DNA from: Alphaproteobacteria bacterium
GTDB lineage: Bacteria > Pseudomonadota > Alphaproteobacteria > RF32 > CAG-239
Direction of reading: 5' to 3'
Assembly (NCBI GenBank): GCA_017470165.1
Contig: JAFUEX010000003.1
Coordinates: 19,544 to 83,543 of the forward strand
Length of the DNA stretch: 64,000 nucleotides
The notes below the pieces were generated by a model that saw nothing but the letters and a program-made list of their open reading frames with translations, did not search any database and had not been told where the DNA came from. A program made the position numbers and the translations under genes. Numbering within the stretch: the stretch's first letter is position 1; the number at the start of each line of letters is the position of its first letter. Positions 8,751-18,791 of this stretch are shown here, in pieces.

Positions 8751-9332
8751 ATGTTTTTGATAGTCGGGTTGGGTAATCCGGGAGCAGAATATGCCAATAC
8801 ACGGCATAATGCAGGGTTTATGGCGGCAGAGGCAATCGCTGAAGAATATGGATTCGGCGGGTTTCGCGCCAAGTTTGACGGGCTGATTGCCGAAGGCGAA
8901 ATTGCCGGTGAGAAGGGGTATATTCTCAAGCCGCAGACTTTTATGAACCTGTCGGGCAACTCGGTGGTGAAGGCGGCTAATTTTTATAAGATATTGCCGC
9001 AAAATGTGGTAGTGATACACGATGATATGGATTTGCCGCTGGGTAAGCTGAAGGCCAAAATCGGCGGCGGCAGCGGCGGACATAATGGTCTGAAATCGAT
9101 TGATGCAGCCATAACCCCCAATTATAATCGGATACGAATCGGTATCGGGCGGCCGCAAGGCGCGAAAGGCGAAGTGGTGGATTTTGTGCTGTCGCGGTTT
9201 GGTAAGGCAGAGGCTTTGGTTTTGGCGCGCAGTGTGACAACGGTTAGTCAGACGATAGGACTGCTGCTGCAAAAAGGAATGGGCGAATATGCCTCGATGC
9301 TGGGGCAATTGCCGATGGAAAAAGAAGTTTAG
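8751..9332 (+). CDS. pth: Peptidyl-tRNA hydrolase
   Basis: MFLIVGLGNPGAEYANTRHNAGF.. from ATG 8751 after a GAGGAA RBS. The track start at 8673 (GTG) lies upstream of the terminator hairpin and is unlikely. Confidence 0.9.
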   Translation: MFLIVGLGNPGAEYANTRHNAGFMAAEAIAEEYGFGGFRAKFDGLIAEGEIAGEKGYILKPQTFMNLSGNSVVKAANFYKILPQNVVVIHDDMDLPLGKLKAKIGGGSGGHNGLKSIDAAITPNYNRIRIGIGRPQGAKGEVVDFVLSRFGKAEALVLARSVTTVSQTIGLLLQKGMGEYASMLGQLPMEKEV

Positions 9333-9667
9333 TCATCGGTGATGGCGTCATCTTCGTCGTTGAGCGAATCGGCGCGGGAAAACACGGTATGCCACAGCGG
9401 GCGGCGATAAATCCACAAATTGAGCAGGCCGAGGGCAATTGATATCATCCCGAAGAGATAAACAAAATAGTACCAATTGAACTCGTTGGTGGTGAGCATC
9501 ACGTTTTGGGTGTTGCCGCGTATCATAAAAATGGCGCCGGCGGTCAATGCAAATGACAAAATAAAGGCCAAAGTCCAAATTTTTTTGACGTGGGTGCCGG
9601 ATAAGGTGAACGCGGTGATAAGATAGATAATAAAAAAAGCGATAATCAAATATAATTCGACTGCCAT
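9329..9667 (-). CDS. Small membrane protein (3-4 TM segments), unknown function
   Basis: An AAGGAGG RBS precedes ATG 9667 (MAVELYLIIAFFIIY..). The core is hydrophobic and the C-terminal tail is acidic. Confidence 0.5.
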   Translation of the reverse strand: MAVELYLIIAFFIIYLITAFTLSGTHVKKIWTLAFILSFALTAGAIFMIRGNTQNVMLTTNEFNWYYFVYLFGMISIALGLLNLWIYRRPLWHTVFSRADSLNDEDDAITDD

Positions 9668-9734
9668 AATACCTCCTTGTGTTTGCTTCAAAAAGCAGGT
9701 GAGATATAATCATCCATCAGGTAAAGGACAACGG

Positions 9735-11483
9735 TTAGTCGAACAAAATTTGGTGATATTCCTCCAAGACCGGCCATTTGTCGGCTGCAACCTGCTCCAA
9801 GGTCAGGTTGCGCTGTTTCAGCCGCAAGTTGTAAATCCAATAGTTGGACATAACCCGCTCGATATAAATGCGAGTTTCGGCCGAGGGAATAACCTCAATA
9901 AACAACAGCGGGTCGTCTTGAAAACGAGCGCTTTTTTGCCACTTGGCCAAATTGCCGGGTCCGGCGTTGTAGGCGGTGAGCATAAAGAATAAATTGCCCT
10001 CAATAAAAGGCTTAGTCAACAGATAGGTGACATATTTTTGCCCCAGCCGGAGGTTGAATTCGGTATCGTAGAGCTTGTCACGGTGGTTTTTTAAGGTTTT
10101 GTCGCCGCTGATGTAGACAGCAGTGTTGGGCATAAGCTGCATCAATCCCAAAGCGCCGGAATGAGATTTGGCGGTGTTGTTAAAGGCGGATTCTTGCCGG
10201 ATGAGTGCCAAAAGAAGCGATTGGTCAATTTGCAATTTTTGTTTTTTTGACCAAGCGGGGAGGGGATAAAGCTCTTTTTCGTAGCGGCCGGCCAAATTGT
10301 CAAAGTCGGACAAACGGTTGATATGAATAACTACCGAGTGCAGGCCTTTTTGGTGGGCAATTAAAATCACAGCCTCTTTTTGCAGGTCGCTGAAATCGCG
10401 ATATGAATGATAAATTTCTTGCGCTGCTAATTGAGGTTGCTTGATTTCCATCAGTGCAATCGCGCGGCAAAAGGCTTGGGAGGCGACCAAATTGTCGATA
10501 TAATCCGGTGCGGAAAAATCACTGATATAAAGGTTGCGGTCAAAAGCAAAATCCGGCTCCTGCCCCAATTGATAGGCACTCAAGATGCCATAAAAAGTGT
10601 ATTTGTATTTGGCGCCGAGTTTTAGCATTTCTTGCGCCTTGAGCGTGTTGCCGATTTTTTCATAAGCGCGCGCCGACCAATAGGCACCGGCGGCAATCAG
10701 CCATATGTCAGAGTTGTGCGAACTGCCCAAACGGGCAAAGTAGCTGGCGGCAGTTTTAAACTGCTTGAGCCGCCAAGAGGCGAGGCCGGCAATCCAAGTT
10801 GCCATACCGGAATTGTGGCGTGCCGAGGCCTTTTTGCCCCATTCGAGAGCTTTGGTATCGTGATTATCCAGCAGGTATTTTAAGGCCAGAGAGGCAGCCA
10901 ATTGGTCCCAATAGGGTTTGGGGGCGAGCTTTTGGAATTTGGCACCCTCCAAAATTTGCCGCGCGGCCAGTGTTTTGCCTTGACGCAGATGAGTGCGGAA
11001 TTTTTGCGTGTTGCGGGTGAGAAAAGTTTTGTCCTGCCTACTCAGCCGCTCCAAATATTTGGGCGATATCTTGGCAACCGAAGTCAACCAAGTATCATCC
11101 GCGGCAGAAGTTGTAAGTGCAGATTTACGCTCCAGCAGGCGTTTGATGCGCGGAGCCTGATAGTGGTCGGAATAGCGGTGCAGCCAGTCGGTCAGCTCAT
11201 CGGTAGAAGAGGGATATTTGGTGTTGAGATATTTGGCTGCCAAAACGTGCCCCAACAAAAGATGGTTGTCTAGTTTGGCAATCAACGGGTCGGCCGCGGT
11301 ATAATCTTTCTTGTCAAGTAATTGAAAAATGCGCTTGTAGAGCTTGAGGTCGCTTTTGTCAATGCCGCTTTGTCTGACAATTTTTTGCGGTATCTGCACT
11401 GCAAAATCGGCGGCTGATGCCGACTGCGGCAACATAGTCAATGTTACCAAAAAGAGAGAAAAAATTTTGATAAGGTGTGACAT
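9735..11483 (-). CDS. slt: Soluble lytic murein transglycosylase (Slt family)
   Basis: 582 aa with a signal peptide and a C-terminal SLT domain carrying the catalytic motif region IRQESAFNNTAKSHSGALGLMQLMPNTA. Confidence 0.85.
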   Translation of the reverse strand: MSHLIKIFSLFLVTLTMLPQSASAADFAVQIPQKIVRQSGIDKSDLKLYKRIFQLLDKKDYTAADPLIAKLDNHLLLGHVLAAKYLNTKYPSSTDELTDWLHRYSDHYQAPRIKRLLERKSALTTSAADDTWLTSVAKISPKYLERLSRQDKTFLTRNTQKFRTHLRQGKTLAARQILEGAKFQKLAPKPYWDQLAASLALKYLLDNHDTKALEWGKKASARHNSGMATWIAGLASWRLKQFKTAASYFARLGSSHNSDIWLIAAGAYWSARAYEKIGNTLKAQEMLKLGAKYKYTFYGILSAYQLGQEPDFAFDRNLYISDFSAPDYIDNLVASQAFCRAIALMEIKQPQLAAQEIYHSYRDFSDLQKEAVILIAHQKGLHSVVIHINRLSDFDNLAGRYEKELYPLPAWSKKQKLQIDQSLLLALIRQESAFNNTAKSHSGALGLMQLMPNTAVYISGDKTLKNHRDKLYDTEFNLRLGQKYVTYLLTKPFIEGNLFFMLTAYNAGPGNLAKWQKSARFQDDPLLFIEVIPSAETRIYIERVMSNYWIYNLRLKQRNLTLEQVAADKWPVLEEYHQILFD

Positions 11484-11489
11484 TATCTT

Positions 11490-12188
11490 TTATTTAGCCA
11501 ACCACAAAATCTTCTTGGCACATTCCGAAGAGGTCATTCCTTTGGCTCGGCAGCGATTTACTACAATATTAGGAGCCTTGTCCATTGAATAACAACCCTT
11601 GCCCAACAAAGTGTAGTTATAATAAAGCAGCGTGTTGGGCGGAACACTGTCAAACGACAAGGTGGTGGTCATCTCCGGCCATACCAGTTTAACGTCAAGT
11701 TGGGCTAACTCACGGTTAAGGTTGGAGACAATATTGAACCGTACATCACAGGTGATAAAGTTGCCGTAAGCGTGATTGATTTTGAACTGGTCATAAAATA
11801 AAAAAATGTTGGTAACTTTTTTGAAGCGTCCTTTTTTGTCCCGCATAACAAACATTTCGCCGCCGCGCTTCGAGCCGTCAACTGTCGGGGCATCATAGGT
11901 AAAATGCCCGTTAACCGGCATAAAAAAGTCATCATCGTTTTCTTCTTCATCTTCGGAGGTGGAAGTTTTGCCGGAGGAGGTGAGTGCATCTGACTGCGAA
12001 GAACGGGTGGTCGACGAGGAAAGCATCAGGGTGAACGGGTCAACCGACTTAGCGGCCTCATCAGAGGATGATGCATCGGGCAAAGATGATGTCGCTTTGT
12101 CTGATAAGGTTGAAGAATCGCCAAAAGTTTGAGCCTGAACAGTGCCTACCGCTAACAGAAACAATATGAAGACGATTAATTTGTACAC
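11490..12188 (-). CDS. Secreted hypothetical protein (232 aa); S/T/D-rich linker plus 4-Cys domain
   Basis: Signal peptide MYKLIVFILFLLAVGTVQA. Its stop is 6 nt upstream of the slt start. It is a paralog of the next ORF (see findings). Confidence 0.55.
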   Translation of the reverse strand: MYKLIVFILFLLAVGTVQAQTFGDSSTLSDKATSSLPDASSSDEAAKSVDPFTLMLSSSTTRSSQSDALTSSGKTSTSEDEEENDDDFFMPVNGHFTYDAPTVDGSKRGGEMFVMRDKKGRFKKVTNIFLFYDQFKINHAYGNFITCDVRFNIVSNLNRELAQLDVKLVWPEMTTTLSFDSVPPNTLLYYNYTLLGKGCYSMDKAPNIVVNRCRAKGMTSSECAKKILWLAK

Positions 12189-12224
12189 CCTGATAATCCT
12201 TTGTTGAAATGATGAGCGATAGGT

Positions 12225-12917
12225 TTAGTCGCCGATTTTGCGCAATGTGGACACTACATCGTCATAAATTGCATTAGTCTCGTTTTGGAGTTGATCAGCT
12301 TGAACCTGCTCGATATTTACGGCTTCTTCATAGCTTATTTCCTTAAACTCGCTGAAGTACTGCGGGTCCTTGGGTGAAACATATTGGAAATTGGCCGTGC
12401 AACCGCGCGAAGATGCCTTCTCATCGGCAAAGGCGCAGGACATAACTTTGACTTCCATATCATTAATCAACAGAAAACAACGGTCGGTCATAACTTTGTT
12501 TTTGAGCGAGATTTGCTGATGAGCATTAATCAACGGCAGTTTGATAGTGGTGGACAAAGTGGGGTGAGTGGTTTTGGCGGTGGTGTAGCGCATTTGCACA
12601 GCCTTGGGGTTGCGCCGCAAGGCCTCGCGGGCATTCATATCCTCTTGGTCGATAATGTCATCAATCACCTCGTCATCCCAAGTTAGGTTGATTTGAGAGT
12701 TGGAGAGTGCTTTGGAATAGCGGTTGAAAAAGGTGATGGAGATATTGCAGTGGGTTACGTTGCCGTTAACGTCTTTTTCGGGAGCAATATCGTGAATTTT
12801 GAACAGGACGCTTTCGTTGGTTTTGACCTCTTTGTTTTGGGCGACAGCGCTGTTTCGGGCCGGCACAAACACTGCAAGAGCGAGCGCGGTCATAAGCAAA
12901 GTGATATTTTTGTTCAT
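12225..12917 (-). CDS. Secreted hypothetical protein (230 aa); 4-Cys domain
   Basis: Signal peptide MNKNITLLMTALALAVFVPARNSAVA. Same strand and tight spacing with 11490..12188 and slt. Confidence 0.55.
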   Translation of the reverse strand: MNKNITLLMTALALAVFVPARNSAVAQNKEVKTNESVLFKIHDIAPEKDVNGNVTHCNISITFFNRYSKALSNSQINLTWDDEVIDDIIDQEDMNAREALRRNPKAVQMRYTTAKTTHPTLSTTIKLPLINAHQQISLKNKVMTDRCFLLINDMEVKVMSCAFADEKASSRGCTANFQYVSPKDPQYFSEFKEISYEEAVNIEQVQADQLQNETNAIYDDVVSTLRKIGD

Positions 12918-12935
12918 CGTTTTGATACCTTTCCT

Positions 12936-13008
12936 ATTCGTTTTCCGAGAGACTTAATGCCTCTTTTATTCGTTTCCAACGGTTTTAACGTTTTTCTCAT
13001 TCGTTTTC
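12936..13008. repeat. Three direct repeats ATTCGTTT(T)C spaced 32 and 31 bp apart in the leader of the operon encoding two secreted paralogs and slt
   Basis: ATTCGTTTTC at 12936, ATTCGTTTCC at 12968 and ATTCGTTTTC at 12999. On the coding (minus) strand these read GAAAACGAAT / GGAAACGAAT. Confidence 0.7.
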
Positions 13009-13060
13009 AATCGCTGATACGGGACAAAAGAAACACCATCCGCCTCTTATTAATAACCGA

Positions 13061-13088
13061 AGTATACTAAAATACCACAAAATAGCAA
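13061..13088 (-). promoter_or_regulatory. Sigma70-like promoter candidate for the 12917..9735 operon
   Basis: On the minus strand: TTGCTA (13088..13083), 16-nt spacer, TATACT (13066..13061). Confidence 0.4.
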
Positions 13089-13105
13089 AAGTTTTATGCA
13101 GCTTG

Positions 13106-13867
13106 TTAATTATTTTGGGATATTTCTTTTTTGAAACGCAAAAAGTCGGCCCAAGCCTTAGACTTTTGAGCCGGAGTGCGTAGCAAATAGGCCGGATGAT
13201 AGGTGGCCAGAACTTTGGCTGTTTGTCCGTCGGCAAACTGATAGTCCAGCCAGTGTCCGCGCAGATGCGACATAGTCTCGCCCAAGCCGAGCAGTGAATT
13301 GGCGGCAACTGCTCCCAGCGCAAAGATATACTCGGGACGGATAATTTCAATCTGGCGTTTGAGAAAAGGCAGACATACGGCAATTTCGGCATCCGAGGGT
13401 GAACGATTGCCGGGAGGACGCCACGGCAGAATATTACAAATATAAACCAAATCACGGTTGAGGCCGATGGCGTGCATCATTTTGTCGAGCAATTTGCCGG
13501 AGCGGCCGACAAAAGCACGACCGGCCAAATCTTCTTCGGCACCGGGTGCCTCGCCGACGAAAACAATTTTGGCTTGCGGGTTGCCGTCACCGATGACCGT
13601 GTTGGCTGCGGTGTTTTTGAGACTGCAACCGTCAAAATTTTCGAGAAGCTGTTTTAATTCGGCAAGGGTGGTGGCAGATGCGGAGATATCGCCGGCATTT
13701 TGCAAGGCCGAGGCTGCCGAAATCGAGGCTTCCGAGGCTGCAGGTCGCGCCGTTGTTGTCGGTTTTTCCACCGCGGATACGGCAAAAGGAGACGAACCGC
13801 AAGTCTCGCTGACGCCCGAAAGTAGGTAAAATTTTAAAATCTCTTCAATAGGTTGCTTGTCACTCAT
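13106..13867 (-). CDS. udg: Uracil-DNA glycosylase, family 4
   Basis: IVFVGEAPGAEEDLAGRAFVGRSGKLLDKMM and HPAYLLR motifs follow an Ala/Ser-rich N-terminal extension. ATG 13867 is preferred over the TTG at 13876. Confidence 0.8.
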   Translation of the reverse strand: MSDKQPIEEILKFYLLSGVSETCGSSPFAVSAVEKPTTTARPAASEASISAASALQNAGDISASATTLAELKQLLENFDGCSLKNTAANTVIGDGNPQAKIVFVGEAPGAEEDLAGRAFVGRSGKLLDKMMHAIGLNRDLVYICNILPWRPPGNRSPSDAEIAVCLPFLKRQIEIIRPEYIFALGAVAANSLLGLGETMSHLRGHWLDYQFADGQTAKVLATYHPAYLLRTPAQKSKAWADFLRFKKEISQNN

Positions 13868-14041
13868 AGTTGGCAAGTTTATAGTGAATTTGCCGGTTTG
13901 GCAATACCAATTGTCGGATAATCAGCAGTTATTTGCACAAATCGGGAGAACATTTTGCAGAATTGAGTTGTATATTTAAAAGAATCATGTATTACATAAT
14001 AGAATAAAGTGAATTTTGTTAGTCGGGGAAAAGGTTTGATT

Positions 14042-15838
14042 ATGGGCAAGACAATATGGAGCGCAATATGCGCTGTGGTTGTGGTGGTGTTTGCATCTTG
14101 TTCGCCGCTTAAGGGGCGCAGTACTGATATGGATGCAAAAGAATCGCAATCAGCAGAGATAAAGCCCAACGTATACGGGGCTTATTTGTCGGGCAGGGTG
14201 GCGCATATCAGACGCGATTTTTCCCGCGCGGCCGATTATTACGAAATTGCTTTGGAAGGAAATAAAGACAATATGGTGATGCTCAGCCAGCTTTATCTGC
14301 TGCTGGCTTTGCAGGGGAGAATCGATGAGGCGGCGGATTATGCCAAACAGGCTCTGCAAAAAGGCGCCAATAATGCGGTGGCGAATATGGTGCTGGCCAC
14401 CAAAAGTATGCATGACGGTGAATATAAATCGGTGATAAAATACATTAATAAAATTGATGATCCTTTGTATAAAGGACTGATTGCTCCGCTGTTTGATGCG
14501 TGGGGATATGCCGGTCTTAAAAATGAGAAGAAGATGCTGGCCGAGCTCAATAAACTCAAAGGTGATGACAGCCTGAAGCTGATATATAATATGCAAAAGG
14601 CGATGCTGTTTGATTATTTGGGTAAAAATCAGGAAGCCAAAAAGTATTATGAGCGGATTTTGAAAGATCCGGATGCCGAATTGTCGCTCAGGATGTTGGA
14701 TATTGTGACAAACTTTTATATTCGCAGCGGCGAAAAGCAGCGGGCGGTGACAATGATGGAATCGACAGTGAACAACAAGGCGTTGGATTCATTTTTGGCG
14801 GTGTTGCGCAAGAAGGTGGAGCTGGCGGATGCCGAGCATACTAAGCCGTTGATAGACCATCCGCGGGTAGGGGCGGCCGAGGCACTGTTTACCATAGTTT
14901 CCAGTTTGCGACAGGCGGATGCGCTGGATGTTGCGCATTTGTACACGGCGATAACTATTTATTTGAATCCAAATTACAGCACGGCCAAGATTTTGCTGGC
15001 GGATATTTTTGAATCGCGGGAGATGTTTGAGGATGCCAACAAAATTTATGACAGTATTGATAAAAACGATGTGGCTTATTATCCCTCGCAGATTAAAAAA
15101 GCCCGCAACTTGGTTAAGAACGGCGACTATGAAGATGCCGAGATATTGTTAACTTCGTTGAGCGATGAATACAGCGATGCTCAGGTTTATATGGAGCTTG
15201 GTGATATTTTGCGCCTGAGTGACAGATATGACGAGGCGATAAAATTTTATGATTTGGCAATCAAACGGAGTGACAATCCGATGACGCTATGGGTGCTGTA
15301 TTATGCCAAAGGTGTGGCTTTGGAGCGCTCGGGTAAATGGGAGGCGGCGCAAGATGTTTTGATGAAGGCCTATGAGATTAAGCCGCATTATTTGGTGCTG
15401 AACTATATCGGTTATACTTGGATAGTGCACAAAAGCTATCCAGAAAGGGCTCTGGAGTTTATTATTGAAGCTTATAATCAGGCGCCGGACGACCCGAATA
15501 TAAATGATAGTTTAGGGTTTGCTTTGTATAATTTGGGGTATTACAGTATGGCCTTGCCTTATTTGGAGATGGCCGCGGAGATGTATCCTTCGTCAGCAAT
15601 TATCAGCTCGCATTTGGGCGATACGTATTGGTTTGTCAAGCGCAAAGATGAGGCGGTTTTTCAGTGGACGCACGCTTTGTCGCTTAAAGATGACAGCGGC
15701 GAGCTTGATGTTGAAGCTACGCGGGCTAAAATTGAGGATGGTGTGATTGCCGAACCAATGATGGAATATGATCAGAGCAAGGTTGATGAGCTGCTCAAAA
15801 AATTGAAGAAAAGACGCAATTTGGTCGTTAAAAAATAA
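14042..15838 (+). CDS. TPR-repeat lipoprotein
   Basis: MGKTIWSAICAVVVVVFASC has a lipobox (FASC). Repeated TPR-like A..Y.......G....A patterns run throughout. Confidence 0.7.
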   Translation: MGKTIWSAICAVVVVVFASCSPLKGRSTDMDAKESQSAEIKPNVYGAYLSGRVAHIRRDFSRAADYYEIALEGNKDNMVMLSQLYLLLALQGRIDEAADYAKQALQKGANNAVANMVLATKSMHDGEYKSVIKYINKIDDPLYKGLIAPLFDAWGYAGLKNEKKMLAELNKLKGDDSLKLIYNMQKAMLFDYLGKNQEAKKYYERILKDPDAELSLRMLDIVTNFYIRSGEKQRAVTMMESTVNNKALDSFLAVLRKKVELADAEHTKPLIDHPRVGAAEALFTIVSSLRQADALDVAHLYTAITIYLNPNYSTAKILLADIFESREMFEDANKIYDSIDKNDVAYYPSQIKKARNLVKNGDYEDAEILLTSLSDEYSDAQVYMELGDILRLSDRYDEAIKFYDLAIKRSDNPMTLWVLYYAKGVALERSGKWEAAQDVLMKAYEIKPHYLVLNYIGYTWIVHKSYPERALEFIIEAYNQAPDDPNINDSLGFALYNLGYYSMALPYLEMAAEMYPSSAIISSHLGDTYWFVKRKDEAVFQWTHALSLKDDSGELDVEATRAKIEDGVIAEPMMEYDQSKVDELLKKLKKRRNLVVKK

Positions 15839-15851
15839 AGAGCTTAAAATT

Positions 15852-15877
15852 AAAGCCGTCAATCAGACGGCTTTTTT
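15852..15877. terminator. Bidirectional terminator shared by the TPR gene and clpX
   Basis: AAAGCCGTC (15852..15860) pairs with GACGGCTTT (15866..15874), followed by T-rich sequence on both strands. The clpX stop codon (15863..15865) sits in the loop. Confidence 0.65.
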
Positions 15878-17113
15878 AGCAGAAGATTTTGTTTTAACAA
15901 ACTGAGGTTTTTTACCATCATTGATAACGTGTTCGTTGATGACAATTTCACTCACATCAGTCATATCCGGAATTTCGTACATTAATTCGAGCAGACATTC
16001 TTCCATTATGGCACGCAGGCCGCGAGCGCCGGTTTTGCGTTCGATGGCTTTTTTGGCGATGGCGGTGAGTGCCGATGGGGTAAAGGTGAGTTTGACGTGC
16101 TCCATATTAAACATAACCGAATACTGTTTTATCAACGCATTTTTCGGCTCGGTCAGGATTTTTATCAGAGCTTCTTCGTCCAAGTCGTCCAAGGTGGCAA
16201 TAATCGGCAGACGGCCGACAAACTCGGGTATCATTCCATATTTGAGCAAATCTTCCGGTTGAACTTCTTTAAGGAGGTCGCCGACAGAACGGTCTTCTTT
16301 GGCGGCTACTTTGGCGCCGAAACCGATGGAGGTGTCTTTGCCGCGGCGCCCGACGATTTTTTCCAATCCGGCAAAAGCTCCGCCGCAGATAAACAAAATA
16401 TTGGTGGTGTCAACGTGCAAAAACTCCTGTTGCGGGTGTTTGCGTCCGCCTTGGGGCGGAACATTGGCAACAGTGCCTTCAATGATTTTCAGTAAGGCTT
16501 GCTGTACCCCTTCGCCCGAAACATCACGAGTGATGGAGGCACTGTCGGATTTGCGAGTGATTTTATCAATTTCATCAATATAAACAATGCCGCGTTGCGC
16601 TTTTTCAATGTCATAATTAGCATTCTGCACCAGTTTTAAGATGATATTTTCGACATCTTCACCAACATATCCGGCCTCGGTCAGAGTTGTGGCATCCGCA
16701 ATAGCAAAAGGTACATCCAAAATTTTGGCCATGGTTTGCGCCAAGAGCGTTTTGCCCGAACCGGTTGAGCCGATAAGGATAACATTGGATTTGGCTATAT
16801 CAACGTCAGGGTTGTCAATTTTGGAATTGAGACGCTTATAGTGATTGTACACAGCAACGGACAAAACTTTTTTAGCCTTCTCTTGTCCGATGACATATTG
16901 GTCCAAAAAATCTTTGATTTTGGAGGGGGTAGGTAGCCCCTCAAAATTAATACCTTTTTCTTTTTTCTCGATTTCTTTGATTTCATCGGAAACGATATTG
17001 ATGCATACCTCAATGCATTCATCGCAAATATATACACCGCGGCCGGCCACCAATTTTTTTACTTCATCTTGACTTTTGCCGCAAAACGAACAATGCAATT
17101 TTTCATCTGCCAT
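15863..17113 (-). CDS. clpX: ATP-dependent Clp protease ATP-binding subunit ClpX
   Basis: N-terminal zinc finger CSFCGK..CDEC, Walker A GSTGSGKT, and ClpX-like sequence throughout. Confidence 0.95.
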   Translation of the reverse strand: MADEKLHCSFCGKSQDEVKKLVAGRGVYICDECIEVCINIVSDEIKEIEKKEKGINFEGLPTPSKIKDFLDQYVIGQEKAKKVLSVAVYNHYKRLNSKIDNPDVDIAKSNVILIGSTGSGKTLLAQTMAKILDVPFAIADATTLTEAGYVGEDVENIILKLVQNANYDIEKAQRGIVYIDEIDKITRKSDSASITRDVSGEGVQQALLKIIEGTVANVPPQGGRKHPQQEFLHVDTTNILFICGGAFAGLEKIVGRRGKDTSIGFGAKVAAKEDRSVGDLLKEVQPEDLLKYGMIPEFVGRLPIIATLDDLDEEALIKILTEPKNALIKQYSVMFNMEHVKLTFTPSALTAIAKKAIERKTGARGLRAIMEECLLELMYEIPDMTDVSEIVINEHVINDGKKPQFVKTKSSAKKAV

Positions 17114-17125
17114 AATTTTAATCCT

Positions 17126-17737
17126 TTACTTGATATCGCTGCGCGAGGTTACAATATGGTCAATGAGACCGAATTTTAAAGCCTCCTGTGGCGACATAAA
17201 ATTATCGCGCTCCATCGCCGCCTCAATGGTGGGAAGTTTTTTGCCGGTGTGGTGCGCATAAATCTGATTGAGGCGTTTTTTCATATCCAAAATTTCTTTG
17301 GCGTGAATTTCGATATCGGTAGCTTGTCCGCGGAAACCTCCCGAGGGTTGATGAATCATAATGCGGGCATTGGGCAGTGCAAAACGCTTTCCTTTGGCAC
17401 CACCGGTCAAAAGTAATGACCCCATAGAACAAGCCTGTCCGATACACAGAGTGTTAACATCACAGGAAATATATTGCATAGTGTCATACATGGCCATACC
17501 GGAAGTTACAACGCCTCCGGGGGAGTTGATATAAAGGAAGATGTCCTTTTTAGGGTCTTCGGCTTCCAAAAACAGAAGCTGAGCGCAAACCAACGCAGAT
17601 ACTTCATCATTAACTTCTCCGGTCAGGAAGATGATGCGTTCTTTTAATAAGCGCGAAAAAATATCAAACGAGCGCTCACCGCGTGAAGTTTGCTCAATTA
17701 CCATCGGTACAAGATTGTCTCTGATTTCCATATTCAT
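17126..17737 (-). CDS. clpP: ATP-dependent Clp protease proteolytic subunit ClpP
   Basis: 203 aa: [40 protein letters not shown]. Confidence 0.95.
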   Translation of the reverse strand: MNMEIRDNLVPMVIEQTSRGERSFDIFSRLLKERIIFLTGEVNDEVSALVCAQLLFLEAEDPKKDIFLYINSPGGVVTSGMAMYDTMQYISCDVNTLCIGQACSMGSLLLTGGAKGKRFALPNARIMIHQPSGGFRGQATDIEIHAKEILDMKKRLNQIYAHHTGKKLPTIEAAMERDNFMSPQEALKFGLIDHIVTSRSDIK

Positions 17738-17873
17738 AACATCATCCTTACAACAAATAACACTTACATATTATCATATATAAGATACATATATTCAATA
17801 AAGGGTTAATTTTTTATAAAAATGCAAAAATATTCCATTGTTCGGCCGATAAAAGCGTAAAAATGATGGCAGA

Positions 17874-18791
17874 TTATTCGGGTTTGAGCCCCCAAATGGC
17901 GTAACGCGCGTTATCGTCTTGCCAATTTTCGCGAACCTTGACAAACAAAAACAAGTGCACGCGTTCTTCCAATAAGTTCTCAATTTCACGCCGTGCGGAG
18001 GTGCCGATTTTTTTTATCATTTGCCCGCCTTTGCCCAAAATGATTATTTTTTGATTGGGTTTGCGGACATAGATGGTGATTTCGGCGCGCACCGAATTAT
18101 CGGTACGGCGCTCCCACAACTCGGGCTCAACCGTAAGTTCATAGGGGATTTCTTGTTGCAGATATAAAAACAATTTTTCGCGGACAATTTCGGCGGCTAA
18201 AAGTTTTAACGGCATATCCGACATTTGCTCTTCGTCATAATACCAATGGCTTGGAGGTAGATGCGAGGCCAAGTAATCATAAAATTCGGACATATTTTTG
18301 CCGGTTAGTGCCGAGATGAAGAAGGTTTCCTGAAAGGCAAATTCGGCATTAAGTTTGGCACTTAAGGCCAACAAATTTTCTTTTTTTACCAAATCAACTT
18401 TATTAATCAGCAATATGGCAGATTGTTTTTTTTGCTTCAGTGAGGCCAAAATAGCGTTCACCTCGCCGTCAAAGCCGGAGCGGGCATCAACCACCACTGC
18501 AATAATGTCGGCATCAGAGGCGGTGTCCCAAGCATTGGATACCATTGCTTTGTCCAGTTTGCGTTTGGGTTTGAAAATCCCCGGAGTGTCCATAAAAATA
18601 ATCTGAGTGTTGTGCCAGATGCCGATGCCTTTGACAGTGGTGCGGGTAGTTTGCACTTTGGGAGAGACTATTGTGACTTTGGAGCCGACAAAGTGATTGG
18701 TTATGGTCGATTTTCCGGCGTTGGGAGCGCCAAGCAATGTGACAAAGCCGCAACGGGTGGAAACGGAGGCATCCGGTAAGATTTCACTCAT
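17874..18791 (-). CDS. era: GTPase Era
   Basis: GAPNAGKST (G1), DTPG and NKVD motifs plus a C-terminal KH domain. Overlaps the rnc stop by 4 nt. Confidence 0.95.
   Translation of the reverse strand: MSEILPDASVSTRCGFVTLLGAPNAGKSTITNHFVGSKVTIVSPKVQTTRTTVKGIGIWHNTQIIFMDTPGIFKPKRKLDKAMVSNAWDTASDADIIAVVVDARSGFDGEVNAILASLKQKKQSAILLINKVDLVKKENLLALSAKLNAEFAFQETFFISALTGKNMSEFYDYLASHLPPSHWYYDEEQMSDMPLKLLAAEIVREKLFLYLQQEIPYELTVEPELWERRTDNSVRAEITIYVRKPNQKIIILGKGGQMIKKIGTSARREIENLLEERVHLFLFVKVRENWQDDNARYAIWGLKPE

Noticed and set aside
17738-17873. Sigma32 heat-shock promoter upstream of clpP.
   Set aside because: I could find no reasonable CTTGAA-N13-17-CCCCAT-like match by eye in the AT-rich spacer.
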